DNA of 64,000 nucleotides, taken from positions 352,001 to 416,000 of the forward strand of contig OY970309.1 of assembly GCA_963716395.1 (NCBI GenBank). The letters run 5' to 3'. Numbering within the stretch: position 1 is the first letter of the stretch; every line of letters begins with the position of its first letter. The translations under genes and the position numbers were made by a program. Source of the stretch: an uncultured Fibrobacteria bacterium. GTDB taxonomy: Bacteria; Fibrobacterota; Fibrobacteria; UBA11236. The notes under the pieces were generated by a model. The model saw only the letters and a list, made by a program, of their open reading frames with translations. It did no database searches and was not told the origin of the DNA. Of the stretch, positions 1 through 9,261 are shown piece after piece.

Positions 1-61
1 TCAGCGCGGCCAGCGCTTCGGGCCACAGCGGGGCCGTTGCATTGTGATCGAAGTAATACAT
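1..61 (-). CDS. Cysteine desulfurase (IscS/NifS family), 5' fragment truncated by window edge
   Basis: Reverse strand from ATG at 61 reads MYYFDHNATAPLWPEALAAL, matching the class-V aminotransferase N-terminal Y(L/F)DHNAT motif. Confidence 0.75.
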   Translation of the reverse strand, partial: MYYFDHNATAPLWPEALAAL

Positions 62-68
62 ACGCCTG

Positions 69-494
69 TCACGCGCGGAACGGGTTTTTCACGGTCACTC
101 CCCGATAGTGGTACCCGTCTTGCAAATCTTCGCTGTATAAGGTGCGGCAGCCGGCGTCGACCGCGGCTTGCAGGATGAGCGAATCGTACCAACTGAATCC
201 GGACAGATGGTGGGTATCGAGCGCGTCGAGATAAAATGAAGCGTTGGGGTGAACCCGGCAAATCGGAATCAGGCTTTTGGAGACGATTTCCCGCAGCTGT
301 TCCGGTTTCAAGGCCGGGCGGAACTTTTTCACCGCGACGTGGATGAATTCCTGAATCACCTGAAAGCTGATGCCGCCTTTCCCTGCGCGGATCGCCAAGG
401 CCCAGAGCCGCCGGGCTTCGGCGTGCCTCGGATCCTGAGCAGGCTGAAATGCGTAGATGAGAACGTTGGTGTCGAAAAAAAACTCAACGCTCAT
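69..494 (-). CDS. vapC: PIN-domain toxin (VapC family)
   Basis: FFDTNVLIY, QVIQEF, SWYDSLI and LYSEDLQ PIN motifs; 141 aa; overlaps the upstream small gene. Confidence 0.9.
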   Translation of the reverse strand: MSVEFFFDTNVLIYAFQPAQDPRHAEARRLWALAIRAGKGGISFQVIQEFIHVAVKKFRPALKPEQLREIVSKSLIPICRVHPNASFYLDALDTHHLSGFSWYDSLILQAAVDAGCRTLYSEDLQDGYHYRGVTVKNPFRA

Positions 495-699
495 TCATTT
501 CATCCCGGGTGTACGGGCCGCCGGTTTTGATGTGCTTGAATTTGTCCAGGAAATGATCCAGGTCGAATATTTTTTCCTGGCCGACGTAAATCCCCAGCCA
601 ATCACGAAAAGCATCATTCAGCGAACGGTTTTCCTTGCGGGCTTTTTCGCGCGCCCGCGCGATCAAGGCTTCTTCGGCACTCAAGGTGATGTTTTTCAT
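484..699 (-). CDS. Antitoxin (RHH-type) cognate to the PIN toxin
   Basis: 71 aa, MKNITLSAEEALIARAR..SLN ribbon-helix-helix-like N-terminus, C-terminal TRDEMNER; overlaps the PIN gene start. Confidence 0.8.
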   Translation of the reverse strand: MKNITLSAEEALIARAREKARKENRSLNDAFRDWLGIYVGQEKIFDLDHFLDKFKHIKTGGPYTRDEMNER

Positions 700-726
700 T
701 GATTCCTCGTATCACGTCTAGTGCGT

Positions 727-740
727 ATAGTGTACACTAT
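727..740. promoter_or_regulatory. Palindromic operator upstream of the vapBC-like pair
   Basis: Perfect 14-bp palindrome ATAGTGTACACTAT 28 bp upstream of the antitoxin start. Confidence 0.6.
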
Positions 741-763
741 TTTCGTGCAATTTGCCAACCGGC

Positions 764-2569
764 TCAAGGCCGGCGAGCCAGGCGCGCGATGACGAATTCG
801 GCCCCCAGATTGCGAAACCCGCCGGCCAGCAAGGCGCGCGACAGGCCCGACCCGGGAAAGCACAGCTCCTTTTCGATGACGAAGTTTTCCCGGGCGCACA
901 GTTCGCGGAAATCGAGCAGACTGAAGAGATGGATGTTGGGCGTTTCGTGCCAGTGGTGCGGTAACGCGCGCGTCACGGGCATGGTTCCGTGCCGGAACAG
1001 CGACAGCCGGTTGCCGATATGCCCGAAATTGGGAAAGGCCACGATGCCCTTGCGCGCCACGCGCAGCATTTCACGCAGCAAGAGGCGCGGGCGCTTCACC
1101 TCTTGCAAGGTGCGGTTGAGTACGGCATAGTCGAAGGCGCCGGCGTCGAACAGCGACAGGCCCCGGTCCACGTCGCTTTGCACCACCGGCACGTTTTTGC
1201 GCAGGCATTCCACAATCGATCCCAAATCGATTTCGATGCCGATGCCCGTGGCCCGCCGCTGCTGAAACAGCGCGTCGATGAACGATCCGTCGCCGCAGCC
1301 GATGTCGAGAATGTGGCTGTCTTTTTCGATGAGGCCGGCCAGGGCTGCGAAATCCGCCGCCGCGCGCTCCGCGGGGCGCGGCCCGATCAGAACCGGCGGT
1401 GCGGCATGGATTGCGGCGCCCGCGTAGGCCGGCCGCTCCAGAAAGCTGTGGATGACTCGCGAGAGGTGGACGACTTCCAGCAAAAAGGCGTCGTGGCCGT
1501 AAGGCGATTCGAGTTCGACCACCGAGGCGACTTTTTTCAACCGCAGCAGCACCTGCCCCAAGGCCCGGGTCTGTTCGGGGGGAAACAACCAGTCCGAAGA
1601 CAACGCCACCAGCAGGTATTCGGAGGTGGAGGCGCGAAAGGCGTTTTCCAGCGAGCCGTAGCGCGACTCCAAATCGAATTCGTCCATGGCATAGGTGATG
1701 TGCAGGTACGAATTGGCGTCGAAGCGGTGGATGAATTGCTCGCCTTGGTGGTTGAGATAACTTTCCACCTCGAATCCGGTTTCGAAACGGCCGGCGTCGG
1801 TTTTCGGCCGTTGCTGCCGCCCGAATTTCTGGTGCATGGACACGGCCGAGAGATAGGTGATGTGGCCGATCATGCGGGCATAGGCCAGACCGCGATCCGG
1901 TGTCACGCCGGTGCCGTAATAGTCTCCGCCGTGGAAATCGGGATCATTCACGATGATTTTGCGGCCGATGATTTCAAACCCCAGCGCCTGGGCCGGCAAG
2001 CCCGCCGAGGCCGCGATGCACACGCATTTGCGCACCTTACCGGGAAAGCTCACCGTCCATTGCAGCGCCTGCATGCCGCCCATGCTGCCGCCCACCACGG
2101 CTTCGAGCGTGTCGATGCCCAGATATTCGATCAGGAGCCGTTGCGCCCGCACCATGTCTTCGACCGTGATGAGCGGAAATTCCGAACCGTAAGGCCGACC
2201 CGTAGCGGGATTCACCGAGGCCGGGCCGGTGGTGCCCTTGCAGCCGCCCAGCATGTTCGAGGCGATCACGCAATAGCGGTTGGTGTCGAGCGCCTTGCCC
2301 GGGCCAATGAGATCGTCCCACCAGCCGGGCTTTTTGTCCTCGGGCGCATGCCAGCCCGCGGCATGCGCATCGGTGGTGAGCGGCGAGCAGATCAAGATGG
2401 CGTTGCTTTGCTCGCGGTTCAAGGCGCCGTAGGTTTCATAGGCGATTTCCAGACGCGGCAGGGTTTTCCCCGACACCAAAACGAATCCCCCGGGCGGCAG
2501 GGGCATTGCGGCCGTCTGGGTTTCGACCCACAGTTTGGAGTCGGAATGGGTGTGAGAGGAAGAACTCAT
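764..2569 (-). CDS. metX: Homoserine O-acyltransferase MetX fused to a C-terminal MetW-like SAM methyltransferase domain
   Basis: GGSMGGMQ nucleophile elbow, RFDANSY, YGHDAFL; C-terminal ILDIGCGDG, AFPNFGH, WHETPNIH (MetW). Confidence 0.9.
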   Translation of the reverse strand: MSSSSHTHSDSKLWVETQTAAMPLPPGGFVLVSGKTLPRLEIAYETYGALNREQSNAILICSPLTTDAHAAGWHAPEDKKPGWWDDLIGPGKALDTNRYCVIASNMLGGCKGTTGPASVNPATGRPYGSEFPLITVEDMVRAQRLLIEYLGIDTLEAVVGGSMGGMQALQWTVSFPGKVRKCVCIAASAGLPAQALGFEIIGRKIIVNDPDFHGGDYYGTGVTPDRGLAYARMIGHITYLSAVSMHQKFGRQQRPKTDAGRFETGFEVESYLNHQGEQFIHRFDANSYLHITYAMDEFDLESRYGSLENAFRASTSEYLLVALSSDWLFPPEQTRALGQVLLRLKKVASVVELESPYGHDAFLLEVVHLSRVIHSFLERPAYAGAAIHAAPPVLIGPRPAERAAADFAALAGLIEKDSHILDIGCGDGSFIDALFQQRRATGIGIEIDLGSIVECLRKNVPVVQSDVDRGLSLFDAGAFDYAVLNRTLQEVKRPRLLLREMLRVARKGIVAFPNFGHIGNRLSLFRHGTMPVTRALPHHWHETPNIHLFSLLDFRELCARENFVIEKELCFPGSGLSRALLAGGFRNLGAEFVIARLARRP

Positions 2570-2671
2570 GGCGGTTTAAGAAGCCTGGAAATTTACATTA
2601 GGCCGTTTTATGGGTACCTCTCGTCCTCGGTCCGCCCCAGGCGGAGAATAACGATTTTGTGAGGTGCTTTG

Positions 2672-3592
2672 ATGCCCGAACTACCCGAGGTCGAAACCAT
2701 CCGCCGGGCGCTGGAAATGCCGCTGTGCGGCCGGCGCATCGGCGCGGCGGAATTCCGCCTACCCCGCCTGTTGCTGGCCGATGCCGCAGACACGGCCCAA
2801 CGCCTGCGCGGCCAGCGCATCGACGCGGTGCGGCGGCGGGGAAAATATTTGATCCTTGAGCTCAGCCGCGACAGCGTGATTTTTCACCTGGGCATGACCG
2901 GCCAGCTGACGGTCGCCCCGGCCCGGGCCCGGGCCGATGCACGCTTTGTAACCACCGTCACGGGTTTGCAAAAAGCCCTGGGCGCGCATCCGGTCGACGC
3001 GCATACGCACGCGCTGATTCATCTCGACGATGGCAGCCGCCTGCAATTCCGCGACCCGCGCACTTTCGGGAAAATCCTTTTCGTTCCGGGTCGCGGTTGG
3101 TCCAGCCACGCCCGCTTGCGCAAGCTGGGCCCCGAGCCCTTGGATCTTTCCGTGGCGACCTTCGTGTCGCGGCATTTTCCCGCCGCCTCGCGCCGTCCCG
3201 TCAAGGCGCTGTTGCTGGATCAAACCTTTCTGGCCGGCGTGGGAAACATCTATGCCGATGAGGCCCTGTTTGCCGCGGGATTGCATCCGCAGGCGCCGGT
3301 GCATACGCTGACGCGGGAAAACGGGCTGGAATTGCTGCGGGCCGTCAAAAACGCCTTGCGCCAAGGCATCCGCCACCAAGGCACCAGCTTTTCCGATTAT
3401 CGCAAGCCGGATGGTTCTTTGGGCCGCCATTACGAACATCTCAAGGCATACGGCCGCGGCGATCAACCATGTTTGCGTTGCGGAACCTTGCTGGTGAAAA
3501 CCGTGGTGGCGCAGCGGGGAAGCGTGTTCTGTCCGCGCTGCCAGCCGGTGCCATCCGGAAAGGCGAATTTTTCGCGGCTGGGGCGCCGATGA
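2672..3592 (+). CDS. mutM: Formamidopyrimidine-DNA glycosylase
   Basis: MPELPEVE N-terminus, RRGKYL, HLGMTG, GVGNIYADE, C-terminal CxxC..CPRCQ zinc finger. Confidence 0.97.
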   Translation: MPELPEVETIRRALEMPLCGRRIGAAEFRLPRLLLADAADTAQRLRGQRIDAVRRRGKYLILELSRDSVIFHLGMTGQLTVAPARARADARFVTTVTGLQKALGAHPVDAHTHALIHLDDGSRLQFRDPRTFGKILFVPGRGWSSHARLRKLGPEPLDLSVATFVSRHFPAASRRPVKALLLDQTFLAGVGNIYADEALFAAGLHPQAPVHTLTRENGLELLRAVKNALRQGIRHQGTSFSDYRKPDGSLGRHYEHLKAYGRGDQPCLRCGTLLVKTVVAQRGSVFCPRCQPVPSGKANFSRLGRR

Positions 3593-3596
3593 CTTT

Positions 3597-3944
3597 TCAG
3601 GCCGACGGACCCGAGGCGGCGGACTCCAACGCTTTCAAGCAATAATTGTTGATGCTTTCCCCATTTTGCCAAGCCTTGATGGCGAGCGTCCGATGCAACT
3701 CCTTGCCCGTTCGCAACAGGAATTTTCCGGAATAACTTTTCCCGGCCGTAGCGACCGGCAGCGGCTTTTTATCCTGTCTATAAAGGGTCAGCGCTTCTTC
3801 CACGGCTCGGCACAGCTCGGCGTAAACCTTGGCTTCGTCCTTCCCGTGCACTCCACCGCGCAACAATCCCGGGCAAACCCCCACGTAACAGCCGTCTGTT
3901 TCGGACCATTCCACGATTTTGAGGTATCGATCGGCTTGTTTCAT
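3597..3944 (-). CDS. hicB: HicB-family antitoxin
   Basis: VEWSETDGCYVGVCPGL..HG N-domain; YSGKFLLR..ELHRTL..GESIN RHH C-domain. Confidence 0.85.
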   Translation of the reverse strand: MKQADRYLKIVEWSETDGCYVGVCPGLLRGGVHGKDEAKVYAELCRAVEEALTLYRQDKKPLPVATAGKSYSGKFLLRTGKELHRTLAIKAWQNGESINNYCLKALESAASGPSA

Positions 3945-4138
3945 ACTTGGCTCTCCTCAATGGCTTCGCGTACCGCCTTCTCCTGATAGCGCTTGGCGTC
4001 CTCTCCCGGGCCGCCGGAAATCGTCACCGGTTCCCGGCATTTCGGATGGGTGAAATTGCGATGGCTTCCCTTGCCGCCGCGATCCGCGAATCCCGCCCGC
4101 AACAAATCGGCGATGAGTTGGCGGACTTTGCGCGGCAC
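3941..4138 (-). CDS. hicA: HicA-family toxin
   Basis: 65 aa basic protein with GKGSHRNFTHP motif; 4-bp overlap with hicB. Confidence 0.9.
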   Translation of the reverse strand: MPRKVRQLIADLLRAGFADRGGKGSHRNFTHPKCREPVTISGGPGEDAKRYQEKAVREAIEESQV

Positions 4139-4145
4139 AAAACTT

Positions 4146-4174
4146 ATGATACTATAATAGTACCACTATTGCAA
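4146..4174 (-). promoter_or_regulatory. sigma70-type promoter of hicAB with a palindromic operator in the spacer
   Basis: Minus strand TTGCAA-N17-TATCAT, 7 nt before the GTG start; inverted repeat AATAGT-acc-ACTATT at 4156-4170. Confidence 0.65.
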
Positions 4175-4323
4175 CCCCGCGCGGCCCTGCGCAACGGCGC
4201 GGTGGAATCATTTCGAAGCTCCAAAAACCCAGATCACCCCCGGGGAAAAACGGGTACTATACCCATGCCGAAGGAGGATTCCGGCGGCCATCAACCGGTC
4301 TATCCGACCGAGGGAGGGGGAAC

Positions 4324-6045
4324 GTGTCCGTTACCAGACTCGCTTTGATGTTCGCCTGCGCCGGGGCGACACAGGCGGCGGGGACGTGGACGCAGGTCAC
4401 AGCCCCGGGACCGCATGATTACGCAGGGCAGATGAATCTGCTTTCCGATGGAACCGTCATGGCCAAAACCACCTTCGGAGGCGACAGCGTCGGCAGCGTC
4501 TGGGATCACCTGTACCCCAATGCCCAAGGCAGCTATGTCGGCGGCTCCTGGACCACGGAAATTCCCGCCATGTACGACACGCGTACTGATTTTTCCTCGC
4601 AGTTGCTGAGGGACGGGCGCTTGTACGTGGCCGGAGGAGAATACGGCACGGGCGGATCGGCCGGTGAGATATACGATCCCCTGACCAACCTGTGGACACG
4701 CACGCCCGCGCCCGGAGCCAAAGTGGGCGACGCCTGCTCGGAAATTCTGCCCGACGGCAAAGTTTTGCAGTCGCTGACGGGCACGGGCACGCATACGGTG
4801 ATTTGGGATCCCGCCTCCAACACGTATGCCCCGGGACCTTCCACCCTCGGAAATTTCGACGAAGCCGCCTGGGTGAAACTTCCGGACCAGAGCATTCTGC
4901 AAGTGGATTTCAACAGCCGGAATTCGGAGCGGTATATCCCGGCGCAGAACCAATGGGTTACCGATGCCCAGGTTCCGGTTAGCCTTTACGATCCCTACGG
5001 CACCGAATCCGGAGCGGCCCTGCTTTTGCCCAATGGGAAGGCGTTTTTTCTCGGTTCACCGGGAACCACGGCGATTTACACCCCGTCGGGAAACGCGAGC
5101 CCGGGAACTTGGGCGGCGGGGCCCGCCATCCCCGACAACCAGGGGACTCCGGATGCTCCGGCGGCCATGATGGTCAACGGCAAAATCCTCTGCGCCGTTT
5201 CCCCCATCCCGACCACGGCCAATCACTTTCCGCCGCCCATCTCCTATTACGAATATGATGATGTCGCCAACGCCTTCACCCGGGTGAGCGCGCCCGGCGG
5301 AGGCATGACGCGCAATGCGGGAAGTTATGTCGCCAATATGCTGGCCTTGCCCAATGGGCAGATTCTGTACTCGGAGCAGGGCATCCGCAACTATTACGTC
5401 TACACCCCGGACGGCTCGACGCTGGCCGCGGGAAAACCCGCCATCACGCGCATCGACCACGGCGGGAGCGATTGCAACTCCGGGTATACCATCACGGGAA
5501 CCCAGTTCAACGGCATCAGCGAAGGCGCGGCCTACGGGGACGACGAGCAGATGAACACCAATTACCCCATCCTTCGGCTGACCTCCGGAAGCGATGTCTA
5601 TTATGCGCGCACCTTCAACTGGAACAGCACCGGCGTGCAGCGCGGCAGCGAGCCGGACACGGCCGCCTTCACGCTGCCCTCGGACTTGCCCATGCAGACG
5701 GCGTATTCCCTGGTGGTTTCGGCCAACGGCATCGCTTCGGATCCGGTCGACTTCACGCCCTGCGCCCCGACCTTGCTTGCCGCTCACGCTATGCAAGCGG
5801 GACTGCAAGGGTTTTCGATCCGGGCCGTGGGCTCGACGCTCCAACTTCGTTTTCAATGGAACGCCAGCGGTCCCACGCGCATGCGGCTGGCCACCCTTGA
5901 CGGCAGGATTCTCTACCAGGAAAACTTTGCGGGCTCGGGTCTGTACACACGGTCCCTCGATAGGAGCCGGTGGGAAAAAGGTGTTTATGTGTTTGCCGTG
6001 AGCGATGCGCGAAGTCAAATCTCCCGGAGACTGGTCATTCCATAA
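4324..6045 (+). CDS. Secreted kelch/galactose-oxidase-like beta-propeller protein with T9SS-type C-terminal domain
   Basis: Signal-like N-terminus; repeated LLxDG/LPNG blades (LLRDGRLYVAGGEY..EIYDP); C-terminal ..TLDGR..KGVYVF..RRLVIP. Confidence 0.7.
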   Translation: MSVTRLALMFACAGATQAAGTWTQVTAPGPHDYAGQMNLLSDGTVMAKTTFGGDSVGSVWDHLYPNAQGSYVGGSWTTEIPAMYDTRTDFSSQLLRDGRLYVAGGEYGTGGSAGEIYDPLTNLWTRTPAPGAKVGDACSEILPDGKVLQSLTGTGTHTVIWDPASNTYAPGPSTLGNFDEAAWVKLPDQSILQVDFNSRNSERYIPAQNQWVTDAQVPVSLYDPYGTESGAALLLPNGKAFFLGSPGTTAIYTPSGNASPGTWAAGPAIPDNQGTPDAPAAMMVNGKILCAVSPIPTTANHFPPPISYYEYDDVANAFTRVSAPGGGMTRNAGSYVANMLALPNGQILYSEQGIRNYYVYTPDGSTLAAGKPAITRIDHGGSDCNSGYTITGTQFNGISEGAAYGDDEQMNTNYPILRLTSGSDVYYARTFNWNSTGVQRGSEPDTAAFTLPSDLPMQTAYSLVVSANGIASDPVDFTPCAPTLLAAHAMQAGLQGFSIRAVGSTLQLRFQWNASGPTRMRLATLDGRILYQENFAGSGLYTRSLDRSRWEKGVYVFAVSDARSQISRRLVIP

Positions 6046-6137
6046 ACGGCGCGGCGGCAATTCGCGTGCCAAGGTTGCAGCGAGAATCCACCGCTGGCGG
6101 ATGGACAAATCGCGGCGGCGGAGGCATACTTGAAAGC

Positions 6138-6467
6138 ATGCTGGATCACGCCGCAAACGTGGAGAAGGCCATCTTGGCGCACCTCGACAATCCCGATTCG
6201 GTGTTGATCCGGCGCGTGACGCGCAACAATCAGATTTGGCTGCACAACTACAAAGTCGAAACCGACAAAACCTGTCGCTGCCAGCTTCCGGGCTGTTCCA
6301 ACGCCTTCATCGTCACCTTGATTCCCAACCAGGTCGTGTATCCGAAATATTGCCCCGGGCACCGCAACGAATTCCGGCGCTCCCGGTTCCGTCGCGCCGC
6401 CGAAGGAATTTTCGTCAACTCCGTGACAGTCATAACATCATTGTCGCCCGTCGACGCCACACCGTGA
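6138..6467 (+). CDS. Hypothetical protein, possible zinc-binding
   Basis: 109 aa ORF from ATG 6138 with CRCQLPGC and YPKYCPGH; stop overlaps the next start (GTGA). Confidence 0.65.
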   Translation: MLDHAANVEKAILAHLDNPDSVLIRRVTRNNQIWLHNYKVETDKTCRCQLPGCSNAFIVTLIPNQVVYPKYCPGHRNEFRRSRFRRAAEGIFVNSVTVITSLSPVDATP

Positions 6468-7105
6468 TCCCGCTTTCCGCGCTGCTCTCCCGCGCCGGGC
6501 GGTTCGGGGGCGTGCAAGCGGGCTTGGCCTGGCTGCGCACCCTGCGCGTGGACTTCGGCGATTCGCCCCGGCCGGGCGCCTCGGGCCTGCTCGCGCTCTG
6601 GCACGAGCAACTGCTCTTGTGCCTACCCGCCTTCACCCATTTGCGCCTGCGGGCCCTGGTATCGCGCAGCCGCGACGGCGCCTGGGCCGCCGCCCTGTGC
6701 CGCGGTTTGGGCTATGAAACGGCGCGCGGCTCCAGTAGCCGCGGCGGCGCCGCGGCCTTGCGGTCTTTAGCGCGCGATCTCGAATCCCGCGGCGGTTGGG
6801 CCGCGGTGGTGGTCGACGGCCCGCAGGGTCCGCCTCGCCGCTGCAAGCCCGGCGTCGTATGGCTGGCGCGCCGCACCGGATTACCGATCACCGTGGTTGC
6901 GGGGACTGCGTCGCCGTCGGGTCGAGCCGGCAGTTGGGACGGCTGCGTAATCCCCGCGCCGTTCGCGCGCGTGCGCCTGCGGCTGGCCGCACCCTGCCGG
7001 CCCGAAACGACGGACGACTTGGACGCCTTGATGGCGGCCCATGCCGCCGGCCGGGCGGCCGGACCGATTCGGACCGGGACCACTAGTAACCTGCGAGATA
7101 CTTAG
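6464..7105 (+). CDS. DUF374 / lysophospholipid acyltransferase family (LpxJ-like)
   Basis: LALWHEQLL, LVSRSRDG, RGSSSRGG, VDGPQGP, KPG and SWD..IPAPFAR motifs. Confidence 0.8.
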   Translation: MIPLSALLSRAGRFGGVQAGLAWLRTLRVDFGDSPRPGASGLLALWHEQLLLCLPAFTHLRLRALVSRSRDGAWAAALCRGLGYETARGSSSRGGAAALRSLARDLESRGGWAAVVVDGPQGPPRRCKPGVVWLARRTGLPITVVAGTASPSGRAGSWDGCVIPAPFARVRLRLAAPCRPETTDDLDALMAAHAAGRAAGPIRTGTTSNLRDT

Positions 7106-7184
7106 GCGTGAGGGCCCGGCTGCGCACGGCGGGAGAATCCGCGGCGAGGCTTTTTTACTTTTCCGCACCGGACCCGGAGGCACT

Positions 7185-7826
7185 GTGATTCCATTTGTGA
7201 CATTCGTGGCATTCGATATCGAAACCACGGGCCTCGATCCCGACCGGGAAGACGTGGTGGAAGTGGCCGGCGCGCGCTTTACCCTGGAGCGCCGCAACGG
7301 CCGACTGGCCGCCAAAGAGCTGGGGCAATTCCAAAGCCTGGTCAAACCGACCAAGCTGATTCCCGACGAAGCCGTGCGCATCCACAACATCACCAATGCC
7401 ATGGTCGAGAACGCCCCGGATCTCAAGCCGACCTTACAAAGCTTTTTCCGGTTCTGCGGTCTGAGCTCGGTGCTGGTCGCGCACAACGCCGCCTTCGACG
7501 CCGGGTTCCTGGGCAAGGCCATCCGCAAATACGGCCTGGTGATGCCGCAAAACCCGATTGTCGACAGCCTCAAGCTGGTGCGCAAAATCCTGCCCGAATA
7601 CACCTCGCACCGTCTGGGCGAAGTGGCGCGCCGACTCGGCGATCAAACCGACCTCTCACTGCAAGCCGGCGATCTGCACCGCGCGGCCTATGATTGCAAG
7701 GTGTTGATGGAGGTGCTGTGCGCCTGCCTGCGCAAGCGCTACCAGGACAAGGATCTAGCCATGGATCAGGCGGTCAAGTCGTTGGAAAGCGTGAGCCCGG
7801 TTCTGCGTTTCGCCCAATTCGCCTGA
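7185..7826 (+). CDS. DEDDh 3'-5' exonuclease (DnaQ-like)
   Basis: FDIETTG, VAHNAAFD, HRAAYD motifs; GGAGG RBS before the GTG. Confidence 0.9.
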   Translation: MIPFVTFVAFDIETTGLDPDREDVVEVAGARFTLERRNGRLAAKELGQFQSLVKPTKLIPDEAVRIHNITNAMVENAPDLKPTLQSFFRFCGLSSVLVAHNAAFDAGFLGKAIRKYGLVMPQNPIVDSLKLVRKILPEYTSHRLGEVARRLGDQTDLSLQAGDLHRAAYDCKVLMEVLCACLRKRYQDKDLAMDQAVKSLESVSPVLRFAQFA

Positions 7827-7849
7827 GCGCCGACCGGAAATCGAAAACC

Positions 7850-8077
7850 TTATTTCAGGGCCTGTGCCTGCTCCAGGGCCGCTTCGATGCCATTCTTGGC
7901 GATAAAGCGCATGCCGGCGCTGCTGACCTTCAATGTCACCCATTTTTTTTGCGAGGGCACCCAAAAGCGTTTTTTATGCAGATTCACCTCGAAAAATTTC
8001 CGGGTATGGTTCATGGCGTGGGAAACCTGATTCCCTTTTTGGCGTTTCTTGCCGGTCACATCGCAGATACGGCTCAT
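7850..8077 (-). CDS. rpmB: 50S ribosomal protein L28
   Basis: MSRICDVTGKK..GNQVSHAMNHTRK..NLHKKRFW. Confidence 0.97.
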   Translation of the reverse strand: MSRICDVTGKKRQKGNQVSHAMNHTRKFFEVNLHKKRFWVPSQKKWVTLKVSSAGMRFIAKNGIEAALEQAQALK

Positions 8078-8163
8078 GGTTGCCTCGTTCGTATCAAAAA
8101 AAACCTTGGGGCAGCGAAGTTAATAAAAGTCGCCATGGGCCCCAAGTCCGGGTTGGGGAAAGT

Positions 8164-9261
8164 TTAGCCTGCAACCGGCCATCCCAGCAGGCGCAAGAAG
8201 CGGGAAACCCCGGGTGCTTCCCGGGGAGCTTGGCGCATTTCCGCTGCTCGGACCAAATACGCCTGCATCCGCATTTCCTTCAATTCCTCCAAAGGAATTT
8301 CCAGACCCAAACCGCCGTCTTCCACCACCTCCTTCAAGAGGGCGTGTTCGGCGAAGTCGCGTCGCGGCACGAACAAAACCGGCGTGCCATGCGTCAAGGT
8401 TTCAGCCACCAAGCCGTATCCCAGCTTACCCAAAACCAAATCCACGCTGGCGGTCAGATCGGCGTAACGCAACGACGGATCTTTTTCGAAGCGGTGGTAG
8501 TTGGGTGACGCACCCTCCAGCGGGTACAGACCCAGAAACTCCCAGTCGGCGAAGTCGCCCAGCCGTTCCCAATGCGCCCCCTCGAAGCCGTAATTTCCCA
8601 GATAGATTAGGCACCACTTTTTGCCGGGGTCGAGACCCAGGCGGCGGGCCAGCGCAGGGCGCTGTGGGTGGCCCGGCCGGCACACGATACCCAATTCAAA
8701 CACCGTACCGGTCAAGGCTGCGCCGAAACCAGGCGCGAGCCGCAGCAGCGCCCCGGCTTCGGCGTAATCGGCGCGCATGCTCTCCAGCAGGGGGCGGTAG
8801 GCGGGCCGCGCCACGACGTAGTCGGCATAAATGTCGACCCAGGAGAAGTTGCCAATCGCCAGCGAGGGCAGACCGGCGCGTTGGGCCAAGGGAAAAGCCA
8901 GCGGGGGAATGTCGGCGATCACGAGATCGACGCCATCGGCGCGCAGGCGTTCGGCCAAGGGCGGCAGCAAGGCGTCGCGCCGCGCGTCGATGTCCGCGTA
9001 ACGTTCCAAAGTGGCGTCGATGTCCACCGAGGTGGAATCGCGTTGCACGCAACCGCAGTCCAGCGCGCAGGCGATGCGGCGGAAAGGCCGGGCCAACTCT
9101 TCGCGGAAAAACGACGCGGGCAGCTCCGTGTACAGATCGATTTCGGTTGCTTGCGGGATGGCTTGCATCAGCGCCGCGGCACGCACGCCGTGTCCGAAGC
9201 CATGGGCCGTCAAAAACCAGGCGATATGCCGCGGCGGATGCGGAAGAAAAGGAGGTTTCAA
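8164..9261 (-). CDS. GT-B fold glycosyltransferase-like protein
   Basis: TAHGFGHGVR, DLVIADIPPL, GNFSW, DLVLGKLGYG..E motifs; overlaps the ispH stop. Confidence 0.7.
   Translation of the reverse strand: MKPPFLPHPPRHIAWFLTAHGFGHGVRAAALMQAIPQATEIDLYTELPASFFREELARPFRRIACALDCGCVQRDSTSVDIDATLERYADIDARRDALLPPLAERLRADGVDLVIADIPPLAFPLAQRAGLPSLAIGNFSWVDIYADYVVARPAYRPLLESMRADYAEAGALLRLAPGFGAALTGTVFELGIVCRPGHPQRPALARRLGLDPGKKWCLIYLGNYGFEGAHWERLGDFADWEFLGLYPLEGASPNYHRFEKDPSLRYADLTASVDLVLGKLGYGLVAETLTHGTPVLFVPRRDFAEHALLKEVVEDGGLGLEIPLEELKEMRMQAYLVRAAEMRQAPREAPGVSRFLRLLGWPVAG

Noticed and set aside
989-2662. Long antisense/shadow ORFs (e.g. 989-2662, 14079-15356, 18416-19648, 37604-39490, 44725-46452, 56667-58301)
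   Set aside because: They overlap well-supported genes on the opposite strand or in another frame; expected in high-GC DNA and no motifs recognised
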